From positions 34,162,001-34,226,000 of the forward strand of contig OZ076418.1 of NCBI GenBank assembly GCA_964187785.1: a stretch of DNA of 64,000 nt. Reading direction: 5' to 3'. The notes beneath the pieces were generated by a model that did no database searches, had not been told where the DNA came from, and saw only the letters and a program-made list of their open reading frames with translations. Position 1 is the stretch's first letter. Each line of letters opens with the position of its first letter. The DNA is from Amphiscolops sp. MND2022. Taxonomy: Eukaryota. Position numbers and translations under genes: made by a program. Below are positions 21,124-33,200 of the stretch, piece by piece.

Positions 21124-24100
21124 TTAATGTCTGCATGAGCCCGAGTAGTAAGGATTAGGGTTTGGGCGTAAATGGTATTTTTCACGCCTTGTATTAACAA
21201 TTTCTTCTGCTTCTTGTGCATCAATTTCTGTGTTATTTTCGGGAGTTTCTAGGGAATGTTGGGAAGGATTTTCTTGGGAATTTTCTGGATTTCTTGAAAT
21301 TTCTGGTATGGGCTTATGATTTTCTTTTTCTGTAAAGTATTTTCTGATTATTTCGGGCTCTTCATCGTTCACAGCAGGTTGTTTTGCTGGGGTCCCCCAC
21401 ACTGTTTTGAGAACTTTTGGGGGAGGGGGGCGGTATATTTCAGGTTGAGAAGTAGGTTCATATTCAACTATGTTTTCTTGCTGATCATTAGTTTCGTGTT
21501 CTGTATCAAAAGGGCTCGATCCAAAATTAGTGTCCAAGTGTGTGCATATAGATCATCTTGGGCAATGAGTGTATCTTCTTTTTGCCAATCAGCTTCTCTT
21601 ACAAAATTATCTGACAGAGGCGCTTGCGGAATGTATATTGGTGATCGAATGGGATGAAGTAATTGGGTTTTATCTGTGCCCAATCTACGGACAATGTAGT
21701 CATTGTTTGGTAGGACTTTCTCGTCTTCATCAGGGCCAACCCAACGAAATGCGCGGAAGGGTAGTTTAGTCGCCTGTGTATCGGTTTTCGGGTTCAAAAT
21801 AAAGCAGTAATCCTGTGTTGTGTCGGAGAGGTGCTGCTTTTGCTTTTCGGTCGTATTATGCTTTGTATTTAAGGTAAGATTTGTTTTTTGGAAAATTTTG
21901 TTTTTCTTCGTTTGGTCATGAAGAAATGCATTACGCCGTTGGACTTCTTCTGCTACCTCAGTTTGAGGTTGATAGCGAGGATCTGGGTTATACCCAAGTT
22001 TAAAATCCAAAAAGTTGTGCGGGATTCCTCCATGGAAGACTCGTGTTTGTTCGCATCCGAGTGTTGCATGGTACGTCGTGTTATGGTTTACGACTGCCAA
22101 AGGGAGAAACTTATGTATGCCAGTTATTTCTGAATTCTCCTGTAGCTGCTTTAAAATGCGCTTTGACTGATGCGTGTGTACGTTCTAACAGTCCAATTGT
22201 TTGGGCATGTTTTGTTGTGGCATGTTTGAGTTCTATGTTTAGAACTGCGGCTACTTCTTTTGTAACCTGAGAATTGAATTGTTTCCCCATATCAGTAATG
22301 ATTGTTGTGGGCAGATATGTATGCTTACATAAAAAGTCCATGATAACTTTTGCTACTGCTGGGGCAGTGATTCTTGTAACTGGGTAGGCAAACAAGTAGC
22401 TTGAGAAAACGTCTATTGCTGTGATGATGTTATCATATCCTCCGCTTGGTGGAAGATTAGGAAGGATATCCATTTGCAATATATCCTCAGGTCATAGGTC
22501 CTATTCAGGACAATTGAGTAATTCAGTTTTGAGGAGGTCAATATTAATTTTCTTGTTTTGGATACACATTTGACACTTTGTCACCCATGTTCGGATGTAT
22601 TTTGCTATACAGGGGTAGTAGTATTTTTGTCGTGCTTCTTGAATCATTTTTGTTCTTCCCGGATGATTTGCATTATGTCCATGAAGGGCATGACGGAATT
22701 CGTCTAGAAGTTGTTTGGGTACGAGAACTTGGTAATGGGAAATCATACGCATGACGTTGTAAAATCTTCGGGTAAGAACATCTTGTCAGATTTCGATGCA
22801 GGGTATATTTTGTAGGTAGTGTTTATATCGGTAATCTTGTGTGAACTCAGTTTCATCAAATGATTCGCTTTCGATTCTAGCTCGAAGATTGCGTAAAACT
22901 GGGTCGTTGTTTTGTTCTAAGCGGATTTTTGAGTTGTCCTTGAAGTATCCTTCTCGGTAATCAACAGTTCCCGCTGTGGGCTTATGAAAGTTTTGGAGTT
23001 CTGACACTTCGTTTTCTGGTTCATTGTGAGTTTCCGCTTTCGCTGTTTTGCGGAGTGATTCTTTCTCCTCCCACAGTTGTTGTTCTGTGGGTGCTTCTTC
23101 GGGAAGAATGTAGAGAGGTTCTTCCTCGGCAACTCCTGTGGACTGTATATTGACTTCGACTGCTTTGGTTGTTACAAGTTTTCGGATGTTCATTTCAAGT
23201 TTTTCAGTTGGGGTTACTTCTGCTCTTGACAGGAAACCAGCAGCTGTGTTCATAGCTCCTGCAATGTGTGCTATGACGAAGTTGTACTGTAGTACATAGT
23301 CGCAGGCGTTCCAGAGGGGTGGTGGTATTATTTTAGTTTGGAAGAAGCGTGTTACTGAGCGGTTATCTGTGAAAACGATAACGGGAAAAACGCTTCCCCA
23401 CATTAGATGTCCAAATTCAGAAAACGCAAAATAAATTGCTAAGAACACTTTTGCGTATATTGACATTTTGATTTGTGTTGGATTGAACGTTTTTGACCCA
23501 AAGGCACATGGGGCATGTGTTTTCCTTCTGGATTGGAGTTTTTGGTTGGGATCATCTTCAATCATGATGGCGTAGCCAGTTGCTGTAAAACTGACATCAG
23601 TCATCAAGATGAGCTGTTTGTTTTTGATCGGTTGTTTGAGGGCAAGACTGCATGGTTTTTCCAGTTGTTGGTTTAGTTCGTTGAAGGTGTCTAGAACTGT
23701 ATTTGATATACAGAACTGTGAAGTTTCATTGGGCAGTTTAAAGAAAGGCGAAAACTTTTCTTATAAACGAGAAATTTAGTTTCTGTAGTAGTTAAGAAAC
23801 CCAATATACCATTGAAGGTTTTTTTTGGATTTTGGGAATTTGAGTTTCTGAAGAAACTGTTTGACTTTTTCGGCTTGTGGAGAAACTCCTTCTGGGGTGA
23901 TTGTTCGTCACAAGAAGTCGACTTGTTTGACTCCAAAATGGCATTTAGCCATTGTGAGCTTGAGTCCTGCTTTTCTAATGCATTCGAAGACTGTTCTGAT
24001 GTTGATGAACAATTGTGTTGAATCATTTGCTGCTATATCAATGTCATCAACGTATTGGGCACACTGATCAGCTTTTATATCATTGTCCAGGTATTCTCTC

Positions 24101-25700
24101 ATAAAGGATGAGAAAGCTGACAGTGAACGGCTCAGACCTTGGGAAAGTCGTCGGTATGCAAACGTTTGGTTGCGAAATTAAAGGCCAGCTCTGCATTGAC
24201 TGGTAGTCCGCCATCTGCAAACAGTGGTTTGCTTGGGAGCAGTCGAGTTTGCAAAAGAGCTTCTTCCCAGCCATGTGCTGTGCGGCATCCGACAACGTGC
24301 TAACTGGGTGGTTGTTGTTGACGTAATCTTGTGAAATGAGGTTAATTATTTTGCGCAGATCCACCAAGAGGCGTAGTCGTCCGTTTGGTTTTCTCGTGGC
24401 AAAAATGGGGCTTGCATATTTAGAGAAAGGTAAAGTTGTGATGATGCCATAACGATGGAGTAGAGCCAGTTCAACAGTTGTGTCATCCTTGAGGTCGATT
24501 GGCGTAGGGAGTCTTTGGCTGTAGGCTGGTCTATCATCATTAGGCGTCAGTTCACTCTTAAATTCTTCTTTGTTAGTGCCAATATCGAATCGATGTCTGG
24601 CGAAGATATCTTGGTAATGTACAAGGATGTCTTCAATGTGTTGTTTTTCGAATGGGCTGAGGGTGGTGTCGGTCCAGTCGAAATGATCAAAGAATTTCTT
24701 CTTTTGATTCTTCATTGTCATTCCGGTTCAGTTGTTCAAGTTGTTTGAGTTCTGTAAGTTCATCAAAAATTCGTTGCTGTATGGGCGTATACGTGGTTGG
24801 ATCGCCGGGTTCTTCAGGTGTCGGGAAACAGTACGTTTCTTGTTCGTCTGATGACTGGTTCGTTTTCATCAGTTGGTTGAGGTATAGATCCGTGTTTTCC
24901 ATGTGTTGGTGCATCATGAAGGTAAGAGTTGATGGATCGACTAGTTTGATGTGTTTGATTTGTTCTGAGGTCGGTACTCGGAAATCTGCCATGTGTGTGT
25001 CCACTGGAAGAGTGTAAGGCATATCCGAGAAGTTAATCACTCGATAACCCACTGCATTGTTGTTTACCGTACTGAGGGAAGAGGTGATGAAAATACTTTC
25101 ATGTTCCTCCATGTGTGAAGACGGTGTCATAATTCTTGTTGCATTGTGGTCTATCAAATGGGTCATTTTGCTTGAGATTGCAAGAGGTTCTCCAGGTTGG
25201 ATGGTGTAGGTACTTCTGGTCAGCAAAGGTGTGGCTACACAGGTATTTGTTGTGTGTTCAGGTCGTAATTGCATCGACAAGTATGGAAATGTTGTTATCC
25301 CTTGTCGAATGTCGAAAAGAGCATTGTTTCTTTGTAGGAAACACAGGCCAATGAGTGGATTCGGTAGTGTTTTTATGACAATAAAACTTTCTTGAAATTG
25401 GAAGTCTGCTACCTCGAATTCAAGGAGGACTGTTCCAATGGGACATTCAAGTTGGCCATTTGCCACTATGATTTGAAAATTTGGTTCTGGACCAGTCTCT
25501 TTGATTGCTTCATTTGATAGAAGTTTAATTTTGTTGAGGCGTGCTTCAGAAATGACGCTGGTGAGCGCGCATGCATCAATGAGTCCATCCAGAGTTAGTT
25601 TTCCGAAATCCATGGGGAAATAAAACTTTTGACGTTTCTTTTTGAGGGTGAGGTTTGTGGAAAGGTTCACATACATGTTTTTGCCTTCATCTGTTGTGAG
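21124..25700 (-). pseudogene. pol: Gypsy pol of element A: protease, RT, RNase H, integrase
   Basis: LIDACA (protease), SPIF..RKPNGRLRLLVDLR, FCKLD, YVDD (24043-24054), TD...AFGSKTF...FTDN (RNase H), H..H..CQMC and QMD..TD.G.QF..ER (integrase); many frameshifts. Confidence 0.93.
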
Positions 25701-26878
25701 ATGGTTGAAAACATCGTTGTCAAGAAGGGGTTGTTTCCCAGGTGATGCACAGAAGAGGGTTTTTGTTAATCCTGACGGAGATTCAATATTGTCGGTTTGA
25801 GTTGTTGAGGTTGCTTGTTGGTTCAGGAGTTCAGTTTGTGTATCTTGGGGTTGTGTGGGGGTAAGGGGTTGTTGCTGTGTTTCTTGTTCAACTTGGGGTT
25901 CAAAAACTTGTCATAATATGTAATTGTCTGGGGCGTCCTGGTATATTTCATTCAGGTCCTCAGAGGTGGTGTCAGGTGTTGGGGGTAGTCGTTTGGTAGT
26001 CGTTGAGTCGTTTTGCAGTGAAGTAGTTTTTATTGGTTTTGGGCTCAGAGGAAGCTGCCAGTCATCTACTGAGTTTTGTGGCGATGTTGTTGGAAGGCGT
26101 GGCTTTATTACTAGTTTAAATCCTTCAATGACGAAGGTTCTGGGGTTCGTGAATTGATGGGTTTGGTTGACTTCTCATACTCCTCAATGAGTTTTTGTTG
26201 AGTTTCAGTTAAGGTCCACTAGGGTGGACGATTTTCCATGTTTGCTTCAAAGTAACAATTAGGTTCCTCATGACCTGGGGTGTTACAGTGTGAACTTCTT
26301 GGTGCGTCTGGATCTTTGTCCATTTTTTGTCGTTTTGCAAGTTTAGGGCACTCTTTTGCTATGTGGCCTTCTTCTTTGCATTATCGACATTGGTTGTTTT
26401 GAAGTGAAATATTGAGGACTCTGTTTGGAGTTTTGGTTTTTGGTTTGGTGTTTTGTGAAGTTGTTTTAGTATTTTGTGAGCTAGACTGTTGTTTGACCAC
26501 GGTCATTTGTGTTTTCACAAGGGGCTCATCTGCTTCAAGTTCATTGAGCTCCATTTCTTGTTCTAAGTGGTGTACAATTTGTTCATATGTACCATTTTCA
26601 AGATTCGGGCTTAACATACTTTCTGCGAAAGACTATTAAGATGTCTTCATTTTTCTCGAATTTTCCATTGAAAGTAAGCGTGTTCTTCGGATGAAAGATT
26701 AAAGGTTCTGGGTTTTTTCTTGCTGGGTTTTTTCTCGATTGCTTGGGCAATTTGGTTTACAGGATCTGATGGTTCCGGATGCTCGAGAAAGAGATGTTTT
26801 GCGTTTGGTCCGACTGTATTTGTAGTGTTTGAATTTTCGAACTTTGCCTCAGGATGTTCATGGTAAGTCCTGTCACCA
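25700..26878 (-). pseudogene. gag: gag of element A with two zinc knuckles and an internal deletion
   Basis: CR*CKEEGHIAKEC and (S)SHCNTPGHEEPNC. TLTFNGKFEK and LENGTYEQIVHHLEQEMELNELE match the gag at 63 kb, whose intervening segment is missing here. Confidence 0.75.
26865..26878 (-). other. Primer-binding site TGGTGACAGGACTT
   Basis: Immediately follows the LTR terminal CA; TGG is complementary to tRNA 3'-CCA. The tRNA species is not assigned. Confidence 0.8.
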
Positions 26879-28750
26879 TGTGGTAATCAGCTTCCTGTCA
26901 GTTTTCGTTTATTATAATTGTATCGTCTAAGGTCACGCTTGCAACTCCAAAAGGACTTGATGACTGTCTTGATTCATGCATTTCTGAGGACTGAAAGTGA
27001 TTATCCTGATTTCTATTTTTATCGGTTTCATTGTTCGATGCGTGTTTTTTCCTGAGGTATCTATTTTCTGAATTTGAAGTGCTAGGCATGTTGTCCTCGG
27101 CATCCTCTTCATCATCTACTAAATTGATTTCTTTGTTTGTTCTGATTTCTTTGAGTACTTGTTCAAATTTGCTATTCAGTTATTGCTCAATTTGTGTCAT
27201 TTTGTGGTTATTTTGTTCGGACAATCTCTGGGTTATTGCTTCTATCTCATTACTGATTTGTGAAGGTTCTGTCAGTTTGCTACCTAGGTTCCTGTCAAAA
27301 ATAGTATTAACATTTTCAGAAACATCAACTAAAGTCGCATTACCTTGAGTGAAGTTTGTTTCTGAGATGTTTTTGTCTCTGTCTGATGACTGAGATTCTA
27401 CTCTCCTTGAACGTCTATTTCTCTTGTTTCCCATAATGAAGACAATGTTGGGCATGAAAATCTTTGAATTACAAAGATGTTTGGGTGAAAATGGAACCGT
27501 GGAAGTTATCTTTACAGAGAAAGGAAAACTGCAGAGTTTGGGGATTGTGATTGTTTGTGAAATTGAGTGACTGCGCTATATGTGTGATTTCTGTTGAATG
27601 ATCGTTATAAAAATGATTTCCCAAGGATCTCTCTTCAATTGATTCCATTGGGTGACATTTTTAGTAGCATGACCGTCAATTGTATGCAAATCATCATAAC
27701 GTCATGTTTCTAGGGTCAGAAGTTAAAAATAGATCATTACATCACATCCCTAGTAGGTTTAAATATAGCCCTGTAGTAGCGGTGGATTAACACGGAATTT
27801 TATACAGACTATGCTGATTGTTATCATTTTCCGCATTGACTGCCTTATGAAAACCACAAATTGCAGTATAAAGTACTAGCCGCACTACGCATATGTTCAT
27901 TATGCTGTTTCCACTTTTAATTGTCATGCTGTTTTTCTGAAGTTTCCGCATAAACCATATGATACATCATAATATGTGAGCGCCAGTGTGAATGATCATT
28001 ATGCAGATTTTGATTAAAATCGTTATGCTGTTTCCAATTGGAATCATCTTGCTGTTTCTAAATAAAATCATCATGCTGTTTTAAATTAGGGTTATCATGC
28101 TGCTTTTGAAGGATTCCCGCATACTATGACACGAAGTGTACGCATGAGCGTATGTGTAGGCATTATGCTGTTTTTCTATTAAAACCGCATTTGCTGTTTT
28201 ATACAAACTGCATATGGCAGTATAAATTGTAAGCACAAGGTGTATGATTTTAGTATGCTGCATCCTAAGTGTATCTTCATACTGTTTCTAAGTGTTTTCC
28301 GCATAAATGCGGTGTATGTACCCTGGTATTACAAGGGAAAACAAATACATTAAACATGGCCTTATATCGCTAAATTGAGGATTAAAACAGGGATTGGGGT
28401 CATTTCAAACAACAGTCAATTTGCTCTTTCATTGTTTTTCTTTGATTCACGCACTTTTCTTCCCTTTTGGGGTTATTCATCAACAAGGTAAGCAACAAAG
28501 TTAACACAACAGGAACATCAACATTTACAAATGTTATCCAAATCAACGGGTTTGAATAAAAGCAAGGAATACAATATTCAATTGAACACTTATTTCAACG
28601 AAGGTTTGTGAGAAGTTTGACAGTTCACCATCTTTAGGACATGAGTGTTAGCTTTTGTTTACTCCTGGGTCTTTTCACGATTAGGCGCAGGAAGTTGGTC
28701 TGCTCACCTGTGCTGCACTCCGGACATCTCGCAAGGGTAGCTGGCCGACA
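26879..28750 (-). repeat. 5' LTR of element A (1872 bp), containing a 185-codon ORF
   Basis: Starts TGTCGGCC and ends TACCACA; ATG of MGNKRNRR at 27434. Confidence 0.92.
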
Positions 28751-29200
28751 CGAAGGGAATATGGACAGCTCTCATTACGTGTAAGAAAATTTGCCCATTT
28801 TTAAATACCTAGTATCGAAATGATGTATCCATTCGGTGAAAGATTTGTTTTCCAGCGCGACAACGCTCCTCCGCACACAGCCCAAATATCAAAGATATGA
28901 CTTCATCGGAAAAATATTCAAACACTCGATTGGCCTCCATACAGCCTCGATTTGAATCCAATCGAAAATGTTCGGAGTTTTTTGAGGAAAAAATTGGCTC
29001 GTGGCTGTCACCAGACCCCAAACGAACTGACTGTTTATCTTCATAGGTCATGATGTGATTTAGAAAAAAAACTCATGCAGAAAAACTTGTTTACCCAATG
29101 TTCAAACGATGCGATAATGTGGTCTTCGTGATTAAATTGTTTGTTCAATGCTTGGCATTTGATCGAAGTTCTTGAAACGTACTATAAGTCTTTTCCTTTC
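28751..29200 (+). pseudogene. Tc1/mariner transposase, C-terminal half
   Basis: EGNMDSSHYV, FVFQRDNAPPH (second D) and LDWPPYSLDLNPIEN (catalytic E). It rejoins the N-half in frame once element A and one TSD are removed. End approximate. Confidence 0.85.
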
Positions 29201-29825
29201 ATAACGGGAAGGTAACGTCTATTAGAAATTTTTTGCTTGAACGAAACATTGTTCCCACATTTGACTATGTTTGTTAAAATTTGGACTATGAACTTATGAC
29301 TATGAAAGTATGTTCGTATTAAGTGTTTATTGATGGCCCAAAACAGGAAGCTGTTGATTTCTTTATCAAAAGTGCGTGACTACAAATTGAAAAAGTTTGG
29401 ATCAAAGTTTGGATCTGAATCCTAAATTATCCTACAAAATGTAAATTTGAAGCTTTCTGGTTTGTATTCAAATCGTTTTGTTATAAGATGTTCACTATAT
29501 TTTCACACCTTGAAAAGTGTGGGGAAAAGGAAAAAACGTCCCGATTTTTCGCTTTTTTGTCAGAAATTTTTCACACAATTCAGGTAATGTTTGCTTCAAG
29601 TTTCGAAACACATCGTGATGGGGAATGAGAAATCAGGTGTATCTGGGAGTTAAAGAACATGGTCCGGAACTTTTTTTCTCAAAACTAAAAGTCAATGATA
29701 GTTGTAATTGCAAAATTATTAAACCTCTTACGAGAATTATCAAGACTAGATAATTCTTAAGACTCAATATAGAGACGATTTCTAATAGATTAGAGAGAAG
29801 AGGACGTTTTATAGAACGTAATCAC

Positions 29826-29918
29826 CGACGACGAAACCTCTTGCGACGAAATTTCTGACGACGAAATTTCTTGCGACGAAATTACTGACGACGAATTTTT
29901 TGACAACGAAATTTCCGG
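29826..29918 (-). repeat. 15-bp minisatellite, ~6 copies, same family as 9772-9890
   Basis: The reverse complement reads GAAATTTCGTCGTCA/GCAA units. Confidence 0.75.
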
Positions 29919-30267
29919 TAATCGCTTTCTTCGAAAATTCTGCCAAATCTTTATCACTCTCTTTGGTATGGAATACTTTAGTCACCGTGGACCAGATGGC
30001 AGTGCGTACGCCTCGTAGACAGAAGGTTGTGAGCTGGAGCCTGAAATGGTTGTGATGGAAAACTGCCCCGTGCTCAGTGAGTGTCTTGTTTCGCACAAGA
30101 GGACTTTTTGGCAGCATTAGCCTTGTTGACGTTAAAAAAGGCACTATGTCACTGCGAGTCTGTTCCTTTACTAATAGAACGGCAACATTCCAGGGGAACC
30201 TCCCGTTGTAAAGAAAATACTTTTCACCACTTTTCTCGAAAAATTACTTAGATATAGAGTTACACAG

Positions 30268-32321
30268 TGTTGGAGCTTAGGTTACTTGGACAATTGTTTT
30301 CGAATATCTCTTCTTGGGCATTTTCATTTTGCTCGATCCTAACATTCGAACACCCCTGTTCAGATGAAGTGCTGGACAGGTTATCTACCTTGAAGGATAG
30401 ATCTTCAATCAGCCTCAAAATCTCTCTTTGGCCAAATTCTGCGTCTCGCAAACGTTTAGAGATTTTGTTTTCGATCTTGTTCGAGATATCTTCGAAGTCT
30501 CGTTCTGACAGCTGGGTTTTCTTGTCGTTAGATAATCTCGCTACCTCCACATCTGAGTGACTACTCGGATCATCACTTCTAAGTTTACGCTTGTGAGTCT
30601 TTTCGGGCATCTTTTGAGTGGAAAACAGGTCCAGGTAATAGTTCATTTATACGAAAGATTCTTTAAAACCTGGAAAAATTCAGTCTGACAACTGGTAGAG
30701 TACAAGTTTAAACGGCTATGCTACAAACAAGTGATAGGAATCAATCAAAGTAGGAACGTCAAAGCGAGGAAAACTGAAATTTATTAATGAAATGGTCTTA
30801 ACAAATTCAAGTTTACTTGGCAATCGAAAGTAAAATTTTGACCTTTCCTAAACCTGCTTCGGGTATATATACGTTACGTCAGACGCGCGGGGAAAACTTT
30901 GTTCAATTCTTGTTGGGCGTACTTTCCAAAGCGGGGAAATCCAGTTAAGGTAGGCTTACTCGAGACTCGCATTCGGTTTTATCTCACTTTTAAGGAAAAG
31001 TGGGAATCAACTTCCTGCCGCTCTTCACTTCCGGGTCCCTTTCTTCTTCATTCCCCGCCTTTTCAAGAAGCCGAGTCAAAGTTGGCACTGAAATTCATGA
31101 ACCTAGCTACTGAAGCGGGAAAAGGAAATGAAGTTTTCCTCGATTAAAACAAAAAGTTACAATGAAATGGATTACAGAACTGCACTCAATAAAAGGATTG
31201 ACAACTCAATAAATTTCCAACATCGACTTTCGTTCAACCAAATAATAATTTGGACGAGGTTAGCAAGATAAAACCTGGTCGTTAACCAGACGGTCATAAA
31301 TGAGTGACTGAGTTTGAATAATTGACCAGAGAGATGACCCAAATTATTTGTGGGGAGGGGGGGATTATTGAATGAATACAAAAGATAGTAAAAGGCAACG
31401 GGTATTAACCAAGGTACCTCTCAAGGTTCAGAATGTACCTGATTTCATGAACAATTCCTCTCAGACTCGAGCGAAAAGTAAATTATTTAGCAATTAAATG
31501 TTAGTCACCCTGGTGGTTGACTCGAAGAAAATTTCGATTACTCACAACTTACATGGCAAATTTACATTGGAATAATACGAATATGTTCGGTTTAACACAG
31601 CATTACACAATGGCCGGGTTAGTCAATGGTTAACAACACATGGTCGTCTAATCATTCCAACTGACGGGAAGCCCCGGCTCTCGACCTAGCTAGAATATTT
31701 TGGCCGGTTGCCCAGGCGGGTGACCCAATTTTAAAATTATTGAATATCTTATTATAGCATCGAATCACTACTAATAATGTTCCTTCAGTTTTTTTCGACA
31801 TTTTCTTTGGGAGTAAGCTTCTATTAAGATCTGTAGTACTACTAAACTAATAATTAGCATCGTTAAATTGCCTTCGCATGTTGGATATTTCAGTCGAGCG
31901 ACCGAGCGTGCGTCCCATCTTTGCTCAACTGGTATGCGGCCTGGGAGGTTGCTTCGTATTATTTAGTGTAATTGCGCTCAACGCTGATTGGTTAATACCT
32001 AAAATCAAATTTGACTAGATGCTGTTAGCCGCTGCTGTTGGGCTAATGCATTTTTTAATATATAATTATTTACCTAAGTATGTGTTTCAGGTACTGCCCT
32101 ATGGTGTTATTTTTTAAAATTAAATATTAATATAGTTGTTTATTCTAAGTAATTTTTTTTCAATATACGTTTTTCAATAAATTTTTAATATAGGTAATTG
32201 TTTGCTGATTGTTTTTTAGGTTTCATGGTGATTTGTTAGTTTCTTCTTGGTCATCTTCTCCAACTTCTTCGTAGGCGTTCCTCTTTTGTTTAGAGTCTCG
32301 CAGCACTGTGGGGCTGCGACA
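30268..32321 (-). mobile_element. Solo LTR (2054 bp) with an intact internal ORF
   Basis: TGTCGCAGCC...CTCCAACA; TSD CACAG at 30263-30267 and 32322-32326; ORF 30260-30646 reads out of the LTR end. Confidence 0.85.
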
Positions 32322-32931
32322 CACAGTACAGAAATATCCGAATAATTGAGCCTTTATGTTTAAAAACCCTTTTTGTAAACTGAAGATATAAAAAATCTTG
32401 AGAGAGTGAAATTCTGGAGAATAAAAAAACAGTGAAAAATTGCTCAGAGCTGAAAAAGAGCTCTTTCACAATTATCGAGAAAACTCCCATCAGTCCTATC
32501 GTTGTCATAAAATGTCAATCTTCAGTCTCGGAAATAATGTTTCATTAAAGGAAATTCTCAAAAACTAGTTAATTTTGGTCAAGTGGCACAGTCTGACAAA
32601 CTCTGAGGGGAACTTCGATGCTCGCTAAACATTTTGTTCCAGTTGAAAATTAATAGGCATGATCGCTTTATAAATTTAGAAAAAATTCACAATGATTCTA
32701 GAAAACCCCACGGCTGAATTCCTTGATATTCCGCCTTTGCAAGCATAAAAAAGTGAATTGAAGCAAGATTCGAAACGACGTATTTGCAGAGGAACTCATT
32801 CGTCACATAGAGAAATGTTGTACAGAGAAACGTCAAGTTATATAGTCAATTCTACTGCTGGTTGTTTTTGTAGCATCTTAAGGACCTGTGACACACTCCA
32901 GGAAACTTTAGAGGTTAATGATTCACAAGTT

Positions 32932-33200
32932 TGTTTTTACGACTTTTGCTTGGTAGGGTTTTAGAACTAGTCGTGTTTGTTTTAACAGGTGTTGACGTTC
33001 TGGCTACCGAGATGTTCTCAAGCTCAGAATCAGAACCCTGGTCATTTAGATAAACTGGATGTTTCTTGATTCAGAGAAGCTATGAGTTTCAACATTTCCT
33101 TTTGGTTTTCGGCTAACAGCTTTGCTGAATCCAACATAATTCCTTTCTCAAAGACGTTTTCATCTCGTTCAAGTTTTCAGGTTTAAGAGATTGGCTAGGC
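32932..33200 (-). mobile_element. LTR 3'-end fragment related to the 53884-58100 LTR
   Basis: The minus frame LLAENQKEMLKLIA matches ILAENQKEILKLTT at ~57920 and ends ...AGTCGTAAAAACA. The other boundary was not found. Confidence 0.55.

Larger units (their letters stand above)
10919..28750 (-). mobile_element. Full-length 17.8-kb Ty3/Gypsy LTR retrotransposon ('element A') with extra 3' genes; decayed
   Basis: Two TG...CA LTRs, 5-bp TSD CGAAG (10914-10918 and 28751-28755), PBS, and gag-PR-RT-RH-IN order. Confidence 0.92.

Noticed and set aside
26865-26878. Assignment of the primer tRNA (e.g. Trp)
   Set aside because: Only TGGTGAC matches the usual Trp PBS; host tRNA sequences are needed.
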